DNA from: Amoeboaphelidium protococcarum X5
Lineage: Eukaryota; Fungi; Aphelidiomycota
Length of the DNA stretch: 64,000 nucleotides
Reading direction: 5' to 3'
Assembly: GCA_023515725.1 (NCBI GenBank)
Contig: JALDTO010000246.1
Location: 157,680 to 221,679 of the forward strand
The position numbers and the translations under genes were made by a program. Positions 12,428 through 23,974 of the stretch are shown here, piece by piece. Position 1 is the stretch's first letter; the number at the start of each line of letters is the position of its first letter. The notes under the pieces are model-generated. The model saw nothing but the letters and a program-made list of their open reading frames with translations, was not told where the DNA came from and did not search any database.

Positions 12428-13939
12428 ATGAACATGAATGAAGTTGGAAAGCATGATACTCGGCAAGATTGTTGGGTGGTCATACACGGGTCAGCGTATG
12501 ATCTTACGTCATTTTTGGATGAACATCCTGGTGGATCGGCCATCATTTTAAAGTATGCAGGTAAAGATGCTACCAAGGCGTTCGATAGCGTCCATCCACT
12601 GGACATTATCGAGAAGTTGCTATCCCCCGATCTTAGTAAGGGACCTGTAAGTGATGCCCCATCTTACAAGTCCGCATCTGAAATTTCTGCTAGTCAGTCT
12701 CAAGTCTCCGCAGCTGTAGCGTTTAAGCCTGACCTAAATCTGCCGCCACTCGACGCCATCCTTAATCTGACCGATTTTGAAGCTTGTGCTCAATAGCTAA
12801 TGTCCAAGGATGGATGGGCATACTACAGTAGTGCGGCTGATGATGAAGTTACGGCGCGCGAGAATCGGTTGGCTTATCATAGAATCTGGATGAAGCCTCG
12901 CGTCATGGTAAATGTCAAGGATGTTAGTGTCAAGACATCCATACTTGGTTATGATTGCAGTCTACCTGTGTATGTCACAGCGACTGCACTGGGTAGACTT
13001 GGACATCCTGAAGGTGAGGTTGTGCTGACGCGTGCTGCAGCTTCTCACAACGTTATTTAGATGATCCCAACTCTGGCCTCGTGTTCTCTTGATGAAATAA
13101 CTTTGGCTGCACAACCTGGTTAAGTTTAGTTCTTTCAACTGTATGTGAACAGTAACCGTGCTATCACTTAGAATTTGGTTAAGAAGGCTGAGCGATTGGG
13201 CTGTAAAGCTCTATTCATCACAGTTGACGCTCCGACTCTGGCTAAGCGTGAGAAAGATATGCGTATGAAGTATATCCGGACTCCACCAAAAGTTCAAGAA
13301 GGACATTAGATCTAGAGAAGTTAGGGTGCAGCGCGTGCTATTGGTTCATTCATAGATCCGTCATTGTGTTGGGAAGATTTGAAGTGGTTTCGATCCATTA
13401 CCAATCTGCCTATTGTGCTGAAAGGCGTCTAGTGTGCAGAAGATGCTTTATTAGCAGCACAGCACGGCGTTCAGGGCATAGTGATATCTAATCATGGTGG
13501 AAGATAGCTAGATTTTGCAAGATCATCCATTGAGATTCTGCCTGAAGTTATGGATCTATTGGATAAGCATGGTCTGAGGGACAAGATGGAAGTTTATGTT
13601 GATGGGGGTATACGGCGGGGCACAGATATCTTTAAAGCTATTGCGTTGGGAGCTAAAGCTGTTGGAATTGGAAGACCTCTTTTGTACGCCATGTCCACTT
13701 ATGGTCAGCCTGGAGTTGAGCACGCTTTGTAAATACTGAAAGATGAACTTGAAATGGTCTGTAGATTAATGGGAGTGACTGATATTAGAAAGGCCTCTCC
13801 CCAGATGCTATGTCTGAACTCTTTAAACCAGCACACTACTGTAGTGCCAAAAGATTATCTAACTGATGCTCTGTATCAGCGGATGTAACCTCCTTTGCAG
13901 CCATCCAGATCTGAAGTGAAAAGCAAGAGTAAGCTTTGA
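12428..13939 (+). CDS. CYB2: Flavocytochrome b2 (L-lactate dehydrogenase: cytochrome b5 plus FMN alpha-hydroxy acid dehydrogenase)
   Basis: HPGG heme-binding domain, SNHGGRQLD, DGGIRRGTD; ends at TGA 13937-13939. A short upstream exon is possible. Confidence 0.93.
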
Positions 13940-14029
13940 TAGTTATTGTGTCATAAATCTGTCACTTTACTGTCTTTATGAAACTAAACTTTTTTTCATG
14001 TTTTTACTCTACCATGTCATTGACAATCT

Positions 14030-14100
14030 CGTGTACAGTCTATTTCATCGGTTTGTCCGACAAACATTACTGTATATATCAGGCGCGCCTTTCGGCGCGG
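14030..14100 (-). ncRNA. Putative Fanzor1 omegaRNA scaffold
   Basis: On the minus strand, a CGCGCC-GAAA-GGCGCG hairpin (14084-14099) overlaps the last codons. It is followed by a UACAGU/ACUGUA stem (14069-14074 / 14034-14039) that encloses a GUUUGU/ACAAAC hairpin (14051-14065). Confidence 0.5.
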
Positions 14101-16394
14101 CAATTCCATTAAGGTCTGCTACCATGCATCGCGTAATGGCGGACTATTTGAGCCATACTCCTGTAAGCATTAACGTCCCGATCTACAAAGACGTCACATC
14201 CAGTGTTTTGGCAGTTTGGGCAAACTCCAAATCTTGATTGGACTCTTCGGTTAAAACGATCAGGACATTCGTACGATAGGATTTCTGGACCATCAGCTTT
14301 GATGCAGACAGTTTAAGCCCGGCGACGACCAGGCAGTATCTTCTTTGCCTTCTTGTGTCGGCACCTCATCACCACTTCATGCTCCCATTGAAGATCTGCA
14401 TGACATAATGAGTGCTGCTTGCTAGTGTGGAACTCCGGCGTTATAACTACCAATGCCCGACGACTGAATTCAAACGCGAATTTTCTCACCGGAACAGGAG
14501 GATTACCACGCACGTGCTTCACACCAGCGTCACCAAGCGCAATTACCGGAGGCTTATCTGGAGGTGAAAACTTGCCATTAGATTTAAGCAGTTCGCGTTT
14601 CCTCTTCTTTGCAGCTTTACCTCGGCGCCGATCGTTGATTTTAGGCACTGGTGGCTTTGGTCTGCCATACATCATGTTGATGACTTTACCAAACGCAGAC
14701 TTGGTCGCGCAAAATCGTCGGAATCTCCAATTACGATGGAATGATCTTGAGTAGAAGGCATAGACGTCCTCAAAATATCTGATGTAAACATCGAGATACT
14801 ACTGGCAAGTGTTTGATTAGGCCATATCTTACTCCATCAGCGTGATTTCAGTTGGTTTGATATGCAACAGATGGGCTTCAGACTCTGTAGTCAATGCAAG
14901 ACGTTACCAGTATCCAGCAGATATGTGGCCCGTTTCTTTTAGCTCCTTCTTGGCTTCTTTTAGCGTAATTGCACCATCGACGTCCGCGTCGTCGCCCCAC
15001 ACCAGTACGTTCTTCTTACCAGGGTCAACGCCAATCAATCGAGAGCCATCTAATCTTTGTTGGAGATTCCGACAGTTTTCCAAAGCAAAAGCCCCAACAA
15101 TTACTTGAGACACGTCAATGCTTCGTGCTTTTCTCTGCAGGTCTGAAGCTTCATTTGCATACGCTTTCCCACCTTAATCTGAAACAGACACGGAGCACGC
15201 AAAACCATCAGAGGTGATACTGACACTGACGTTTTTAGATTGAGCCATCCGCTGTTAAAGGCCCAAAACTTTAAGCCTTAGGATACATTACCGTTGATCC
15301 TCCTCCTCTTTCGACTCCTCCCCCAACTGATTGCCCAGGCGATACTGTTCAAATCCCCACTGAGCCAAAACTTTATTGTCAAAGCAGATGTGGCGCGGAA
15401 CATCGGTACCAGTAGGGAAAATCTTGAATGATGGCAAGCCTAGCTCCTTGAGAGTTTAACGCTTATACATCAGATATTGGACCAAAACTTTCTAGCCCTC
15501 CTAATTCTGAAATGCATGGTGTGCTCTTGATGGCATGTATGTTTGATGGGTATCACGCTACTTCATCTTACCCGATTTCTATCGCTTGAAACCGATGAGT
15601 CCATGCAGCTGACTAGGAGATTATGCTTTTCTTTTACTGTATCTCCTTCTTGGAGCTCTGTCTTTAAAAGAAGTGGTGACAATATCCAATAAATGGTGAC
15701 GATGCATTGAGACCAAGTGCCGAACTTCTTCAACTTATAACAATTGCAGCAACTCGTCCTTAATAGCAGCATCTTATTGCGCAATTGTCTCCTCATCTTC
15801 ACCAGCATCGTAATCAGGAGGCAAATGTATCTGAGTCGCGGGATTAATCTCCAAGTACTCGCCCCCAAAGTGTTCCATCGTGTTAACAGCTTCTTCAGTC
15901 AGCAAAGAGTTGAGCAGCTATAGAAACACGGTAAGCCTTCGGCCTTTTACATTAAAGGCCTCCATTTAAGCTTTAATCACCTTCTTCTAGTAGACCCATA
16001 TAGTTTCAGTCAGATGCCAGGTGATAGCTTAAATATTCTTACGCGCTTGAAACACGTACAGGTTAGGATTTGGACCAATCAGGCTTTCGTGCCTCAATCT
16101 CTATCGCACTTCAGGAGCGATTGTTTCAGCCAGTATTCGTGTGTGTTCATTGTCACGATGAAACGCAGAGTTGCAAAGATACTCCAGCATTGACGCGAAA
16201 TACTGCTAATGAGATAGCTCAGGTAGTGCCTTGCCGGCTTCATTCCATACATTAAGACTGAGATAGATCAGACGGGATGCAAAGGTGAGGTGCACTGAGC
16301 TCAGTCGAATCTGTGGTATCAATCTCTCTTTATCACCATCGCTAAGATTCAAGACAGTATTTAGTTTGCATTTACGTGTTACTTTCTTTGCCAT
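14079..16394 (-). CDS. Fanzor1 RNA-guided endonuclease (~771 aa, TAR=Gln)
   Basis: One frame joining ORFs 16206-16394, 14904-15113 and 14313-14675. It has FKIFP..PRHICFD, ITSDGFACSV, RuvC-I IGVDPGKKN (D 15024-15026), WRFRRF, VIALGD, RuvC-II PEFHTSK (E 14433-14435), CPNC and RuvC-III DRDVNA (D 14175-14177). Confidence 0.92.
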
Positions 16395-17075
16395 ATCTTC
16401 TTATCTATGAGAAGTTAGATAAGAAAGAGGAAGAAGAAATAGTGAACTGTCTGGCGCTTTTATAGGCCTTTTCAACAAGTCAGTAATTGGAGTTTGCTAG
16501 CCGCTGTAAGAGCCGCTTTTAGTAACGATGAAATTGAATTTCATTACTTGGCACTGTTTGAAAATTTCTAAAGTCAAAAACTACATAATATATAGGAAAA
16601 GTATTCTTATTACTATAATCCATCACTTGATTACTTAAATCTAAAATCGATGGCTTTGAAATTGGCACTTTCCATCACTGGAGAATGAAATAGAGAACTT
16701 TGCGGCATTATCTAAACAGACGTCACATAAGTTACTTATAATTGTTCAAATTACACGTATGCTTCGCATTACGAGTTCTAATACTATCTGTTGTAGGGAA
16801 GTATCGTGCTTAAAACTTCGTCATTATTTTTTGTGCCCAAAACACTTTTCCGTGATCGGACATTTTACTGAAACGAACTGTAATTCCAGTATATCCTTCA
16901 GCGCTTTGTTCAGTCGTTCGTTCGTTCGTTCGATCTTCCTTTCTTTCTCTTCCACCTTAATTCAAAACGGTAGTCTGTTATTACTTTTAAATCCGTGTCT
17001 TTTTATATCACAGAGTGTACTTTAACACCAGCTAATAGTAGAATTTCATCTCCTTTTGCTCTATTGTTTTGAGTA

Positions 17076-18248
17076 ATGTTTAGTTTTGGTGGTAATTAGT
17101 AGAACACAACGGCTCAGTAATAGTAGTAGTAGTTGTAGTAGTAATAGCCTTATTAATAGACTGCGTTTGGTGCTGGATAGACTGGAGGTGGAGGAGGATT
17201 ATTCTCCTTTGGTGGTAATAATACTAACAATAATAATTAATAGCAGCAGTAGCCATAGCCATAGTAGTAACAAACTTCAACTAGTGGTCCGTTCTAATTC
17301 GGATTTGGTTAACCTCCTTAGTAATAGCAGTAGTAATAACCCGCCCAGTAGTAGAACAATTTCTAGTTTGGCTCCAACTAACAACAACAATAGCAACCTT
17401 AGAATGCATAGTAAAATTAGCAAAATATGCAACAACCATAATAGACAAGTGCCGAGTAGTAATAGAGTGAATTGATTTGGAGTCAGTTGGAGGAGATTAA
17501 TGCTTCTTATGATGTCAACAGTCACAAGTACAAGTTCCGGCATGCCTTCTACAATATGGTGCAGAAAGGACAGGTTGGAATGTATTAGAAGCCTAATAAT
17601 ATCCCAGATGGAATGTGGAGTGATGCTCTCCAGTCTTCACCAGATCCATCCTGTATGGTCCCGGTGTTTGCCTAGTCATTTGAGGATCTGTAGAAGAGAG
17701 TGGATTCACAACATAAGCAGTTGAGTTAATTCAAATCTAAAATGCAAGAGGTGATTGCAGATATTGGACTCCTGTCAGATAAGAAGAGTATGCAAGTGGA
17801 GCCCAAGATGACTCAGGTGAGAACTAATCAGTAGAAACTGTAGATTAAACTCTTGAAATGTCTCAAGCATATACAACTATTGGCCAATAAGGATCAATCA
17901 TCACTGAGCAGAAATGAAGAAGAATTGGCTCGTCAATTGAATTAGCTGAACGATCAAGTTCAGTCGTAGAGCTTTACTGGCCTAGTGCAGGATCTGAAGA
18001 GCAAATTTAACCTCTTGTCCAGTGTTCCTAATTATTATTAGCAGTCTCACTAGAATCAGCTATCGAACATATCATCTGTATCTGGATTTGAAGTGTTGGA
18101 TGAGTAGTAGATTGTGGAAATGTTGAATAGCCTGGGGGAAATGTAAAAGTGCCTGGAGCATCTCACCAACGTCCTGAATGAAGATACACGACTATGCTCT
18201 AGTCTTGAGAAGAATATGGCACTTGATAGTGGCAAGAATCGCTTTTGA
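17076..18248 (+). CDS. NUP57: FG nucleoporin Nup54/Nup57
   Basis: FSFGG repeats and Q tracts, then KFRHAFYN...W..A....PDPSCMVPVFAQSFEDLQKR and a coiled coil; ends at TGA 18246-18248. Confidence 0.9.
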
Positions 18249-18371
18249 GCTCCCGTTCCTATTCAATATCAGTATCTAATACGTTAATTCTAGTACTATC
18301 TACATGGTGTTGGTGGTGGAAGATACTGAAAAAGATAATAATACTGATACTGATTGAGAATTATAATCTTT

Positions 18372-20408
18372 TCACTTGTTCATTCTTAGTTCGCCTTTAT
18401 CATTGAATAAATTGACAAAGTGCATAGCGTATTTCTACCTGAGCAACTTTTACCGATTCGCGTTAGATAGGCCACTAGTATTACTATTTTTGTTAATAAG
18501 AGTGGAGCGATCAGATGATGCGCCAGATATCAAGTGCTTGTACAGCATCGCCTTTGTTCTATCAGGTATCTGAGGACTTTCGACAAATGTCTATAACATT
18601 CTACTACCGTGTGGATTCTGCACTACCAACGCCAAGTCAGTGGGAGCGCATTAAAACATCATGGTCACAGTCCATTTGATAAGCGCAAAGTCAAATTAGA
18701 ACAGCGACGATAACAGAGCACATCCACCTACACTGATTTCCCTATACTAATTCGCATTTAAATATTGATTACTTTCCCCTGTTAGATTATTATCGCCAAT
18801 GATATCGATCAACTACAATGATTTGGCGGCACCAGCTTGGTCCTTCTTACTATATCCTCTTTAGTACACATCCTTAATAGCATCGACAATACATTTCTGA
18901 GCGTTCTTAGAATCATTAGATACTTGGGCAGTAGATGCCAAATTACAAATGGATATCAGAAGCTAGGACTTTGTTTAACGATCTTACACTAAAGACGATA
19001 GTAAATCAGAGTCTTGAACGACTGATTATAGAACCATCTCTGATAGTTCACTTGAACCATAGATGGCACTTAAAAACGACTTGACTACAAAGTTGCCTAT
19101 TTGATGGGCGCAATAATCGCGTAAATCATCCTTCAAGCAGCTAGTCCATAAATCTTTCAACAATACGGCCTTCTTCTAATCAAGCGTCTATTCACCTTCA
19201 GCAGTAGATTCCTCATCTTGACTGTAATAAGGAGACAGACATTCAAAGATAAACTCAATAAATCGAGAGGCAGAAGAGTCTTTGGCCATGGATGCAAAAT
19301 TACTCTTAAACATTCGAGATTTGATGATGATAAGTTCCAGCAACTTCAATACACCATCTTCGCCATCGATCACTCTCAACATTCCGATCAGTAGAACGAT
19401 AGTGGATACAGTAGCCTTGTTAGTCCCCATCAGGTACACAGTCTTTGCAGTTAATAGCGACGATGATTTCACATTATCCATCAAGAATACCAGACAATCT
19501 CTATAGAATGACTTGAGTTCAGCGACTTATTACCCACCGGCCTATTACGCGTTTATGACCGATTACTTGATCTCAATCAACTTCATCCTAACATCCTTGT
19601 TAGGTACGGCTTGATTAACAAGTTACTAGTACTATTCAACAGATACGGTATTGTTATCATAACCGCTAACTAGTAATAGGATCAGAATCTTCAACACCTA
19701 GTTGGCATTCTAGTTTACAATACAGTACATTGAGCTCTCGTGCACTTCCTCAATCAGAGCATTTAGCTGCAACTGCAAAGACATGAGCTCTTCTTAGTCA
19801 TTGACATCCTTTGAATCCGTTGTAATAGCCGTATCACTGGTACCATTCATATGTAATATTAATAACTCGTGACATTTAAATAGCATAACTTGAATGACGT
19901 GAGATGCCATTCTATCACAGAGCATATCAATGTAATGTCCACGCATTCTATCCATCAAGACGCGAAGTTGGAACTCTGAAGACATGCGCACCATCAACTC
20001 CATTAATCTACTTCCGCTATAGTCCGTGGCCACCATCAACTCTTTTCCATCAATCTCATCGTACAGCGATTCAATTAAAAGACGCGTCTCATCATTGTTT
20101 TATAGAGAGTGATCACCATCACAACCATTGTCAGCATCAGTATCAAACTTCCCCTGGAGAATGGTGAGCATACTCTCAACATACTTGGTCATTTCAGGAC
20201 TTAATCTGCCTTGGAATTCCGCGCGATATTTGTATTATTCAAATACATCCTGTAATTACAACTACTATTTCTATGGCTATTGGTGAATATCATCCATCTA
20301 CTACTGCTGCTGATTCTGATCAACATCCAACTTACCAGATCTGCCAGCTCTCTTACCACGTCTCTTCTATCTCTTTCGCGCAGGCTCTCCCACCACCTCT
20401 TATTACAT
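18372..20408 (-). CDS. NOP9: Nucleolar protein 9 (Puf-like)
   Basis: N-terminal KRRGKRAGR, ATDYSGSRLME, DRMASHVIQ, HQIGNFVVK and GSRMLQ-type Puf repeats. Confidence 0.85.
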
Positions 20409-20645
20409 ATTTATTTATGCAGATACTGAAGACAGAATTCTTTATTTTAAGATTTAAAAACTACAAGGCTAACTAGCAATATGGATATTGAATATGAAAA
20501 AATACAATGGAAGTTTTCGTAATAAAGGTGAAAATTCATCAAAACTTTTGAGCGGTTTTTACTCAGCGAGAGATTGTGAAAGTCTTTGAACTAATAATAT
20601 CGTTAGAGATTTTAACAATTACACACAGTATCAGGAGTGTGAGAG

Positions 20646-21485
20646 ATGGATATAGATATAAATTAGCTTGTGAAGTAGTATGGATAGAAAGATGAGCTGT
20701 TTACAGGCGATGTGGACCCGGAGCGATAAGTGTAACAGAAAGATAGACGGTTGGCTGAGGTGGTGGATCCTGAAGAGTTGGCAGTGACTTTGCGGTAATA
20801 GGAGACTTAGCTGATGGAATCGCTGTAATAGTAAGGAAGCAAAAGGCGGATGCGAACCACCAATTACAGTCCGACTGATACGAAGAAAGTGGGCAAGTAC
20901 GTGGCGATAGATTGCGAGATGGTGGGCATTGGCGCTAATGGATTGTAGTCGGCACTGGCGCGAGTATCAATTGTTAATTATCACGGTCATGTTCTACTGG
21001 ATACCTATGTTAAATGTCACAAACCAGTGACAGATTATAGAACAGCTGTCAGCGGTATCCTGCCTCATCATTTGAAAGACGGACGAGATTTCAGGAGCGT
21101 ATAGAAATAGGTGAATGCCCTGATCAAGGATAAGATTGTGGTTGGTCATAGTGTTCATTCTGATTTCAAGGCACTGTAACTATCCCATCCTCCGCATATG
21201 ATCAGAGACACGTCACGGTACGCGCCATTTCGTCAGTTGACACCTCATGGACGGACTCCCGGTCTGAAGTTGCTGTGTGAAAAGGTGCTGCAGAAAGAAA
21301 TCTAGAATGCTGCCAGTACCAGTCATAGTGTCGGTCATTGTAGTATTGAAGATGCGCGCAGTGTCATGGAACTCTTTAAGACTGTCAAACTGAACTGGGA
21401 TAAACATTGTCCACCACCTCCTCAATCATCATAAAAGAAATCCTCTACTAGGAAATAGTAATAGAATTAAAGCAGGTATTCTTGA
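20646..21485 (+). CDS. REX4: RNA exonuclease 4 (DEDDh)
   Basis: [41 protein letters not shown]. Confidence 0.92.
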
Positions 21486-21524
21486 TGTTATCTATGAGTT
21501 TTAGATATATTTCCCAATAACTGG

Positions 21525-23786
21525 TCATTTCAAAGCCTTTTTCATCTCTTGAAATTTACTACTAGTAGGATCTAGAGCATATTCTGGATTATCACGCAAT
21601 GCCTTGAAGCGATCGTCAATCTCATACGGAGGCTATTGAGAAGACTGGTCATTACTACCTTTCAACTTTTTCTACTTGAGCTTCTTCTTATTACCCTTTT
21701 TACTCTTGCGATAACTGAAATCTTCTTCAGAGTCTTCTTGCTGATTACCATCGAAACGTTCATCCAGCATTAAGAGTTCCAGATCGGTGTTATTATTATT
21801 ATTATTCGAGGCATCCTTTTAATCAGACTTTCGCTTTTTTGATGTCTTGTTTGACTTTTGACCAGACATAGGGCCACCAGCGGAAATCTAGTGCCCTGGA
21901 GCATCAAAATCTGCACCATAAATGTCCTGCTTAAAGAATGCATCATCTCGATACTCGGCAGGTATATCATCATCGTCGACGTCGTACTCCACATCTTTGC
22001 GGCCATTATCAGCAATCCATAAAGACTTTTTCTACTTCTTCAACTCTTTTCTCTTCTCGCTCTTCTCCCTCAGATACTTTTCAAATACAGTCTCTCCTTG
22101 TTACTGCTCACGCAACTTCTTTGAATCTAGCAGCCTTTGAGCCACGTCAGATAGACCAGGTGCGAATGATATCTCCATCTCCTCTTGCATACTACCATCA
22201 CTTCCATTACCATCCGCATTAGAATCAGAATCACTACCGCCACCTTGCAATAGACTCAAGTACTTGCTTCTCATTGCCTCCTTCTTGCTCCATTTATTAT
22301 TCTTTTTATTCTTATTTTACTTGATGATGGAATTGGAAGCTTAACTATTACTATCATTGACTTGGCCTGATTTAAGAACATCTTCTTGTAAATCTTCCGC
22401 GTCACTTTCATCGCTTAAATCCGTATCACCTTCCTCCCCAGAAGACGACGATGATGTAGATAGAGACACATCACTGGCTAGATAAGTATTGAAATCAATC
22501 TGCTACAACTCCTCTTTAGTCCACTTCTTCTTCATAACCTTTCGCTCCGGAGCATCATCATCCCAACTGCATTTCACAGCACTAAACCCAAGATAATTAG
22601 TCTGATTAGCCTTATTACGAAGTTCTGTGATGATGGAACGAGAATTCTTTTGATTCGCTTAATCAAAATCTTCAAATGAGCACTAGTCCCTGATGTCATC
22701 CTCATTAAATTACTCCTCCTCTGGCACAAATCTAAGATCCAACTGAGTAGTAGAATGTTCAAATTCCAACTAATCACATTCCTGGTATATAGCACTCGAT
22801 GTCTCCTTGGAATCACACGTAATTATGGCGTAATAGTATCTGAGACGTTCAAGCTAGTACTTTCGTAAAGCCACCACATTGAAAGTCTCCTCATGAGAGC
22901 TATTTTATAGCAGCTTATCATTCTGACCATCAGATGGGAGCTAATTTTCTAAATCTTCTGATTGATATTCTTCGTCATTATCAGATTGATCATCATCAGC
23001 CTTGCCAATTTATGATGTATTAAAAATTTCTTTGGGAGGTCCATAGAGTTCCTCTTCAGCCAAGCGCTACTTACCAAAAGAACTTTTATACACAGCGACT
23101 TTCAATACAGATCCACCTGCAGGTTTGAACGCGTTCATAATTCGCATAATATCGTGACTGTTCAGATTCTCCCAATCGACATTGACAAGAGCGAGGCGCG
23201 GTGTGGCATCCTCCATAATGGGTACTCTGTCAGGCACTTGATCTAGAATCTCCATCTCATCAACCACCTCTTCGCTGTCGTCCCCGGCATCACTATCCAC
23301 AGCGTCCTTGCTCATTTACACTACATCGAAATCACCATCGTCTTCACTATTGCCATCCAAATCACTAATAGATGACTCCTCTCCCTATTACTGAATATCG
23401 CTGTCAGAATTGGAATCAGAATCAGAAGCTATGCCAATACCGCGCGCCAAATCGACAGCAGGAGACTCAACATCATCGCCATCCTCAATAACGCCCTGTA
23501 CATCAGCCGGAGCATTTGTCTCTTCTGATTACTGCTATCCAAGCTCATACAATTTACCAATAATACCAGAACGCTGACGCGTAGATATTTAGTCTTTGCG
23601 GATTCTATTAGACTTTAGCGAGCGGCCATACTTGTCAACAACGCGTCTACTTTCTACACTTTCGCTAACACCAATTCCATTCACATCAATAGAATCAAAC
23701 TCGGAATCATCTAAAAGACTCTTGAATCTACCATCTACAGCGACTTTGATATTATTCTTTTTCTACTTTCTAAACCTTGGATCCAT
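21525..23786 (-). CDS. ESF1: Pre-rRNA processing protein ESF1
   Basis: DPRF, VDKYGR, VDLARG, TPRLALVNVDWE, LRKYQLERLRYYYA, LDLRFVP, and C-terminal IDDRF..L NUC153-like motif. Confidence 0.92.
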
Positions 23787-23974
23787 TTATTACTTTTGGA
23801 CTGATTCTTATATTTTAAAATCGTTATTTTGATACTTTTTACTAAAGAGAGGGTGTAAGAGCCGTCAATCGCTTGCGTTGTAAGCCTGTTCTGTTACATC
23901 GCTAGAAGCTAGCTAAAAACTTCAATGAAAACTAAAATGTAAATGCGTTAATGTATGATACTGCTATAATAACT

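Noticed and set aside
14020-14031. 12-nt match (AGATTGTCAATG) between the candidate Fanzor1 guide and the DnaJ gene near 3585-3596
   Set aside because: Short, AT-rich and not anchored at a defined guide start, so chance cannot be excluded.
13940-17075. Terminal inverted repeats or target-site duplication around Fanzor1
   Set aside because: No convincing pair found by eye, so element boundaries were not called.
17095-17470. TAG/TAA trinucleotide runs resembling stop-codon arrays or microsatellites
   Set aside because: They are poly-Gln tracts of the nucleoporin under TAR=Gln.
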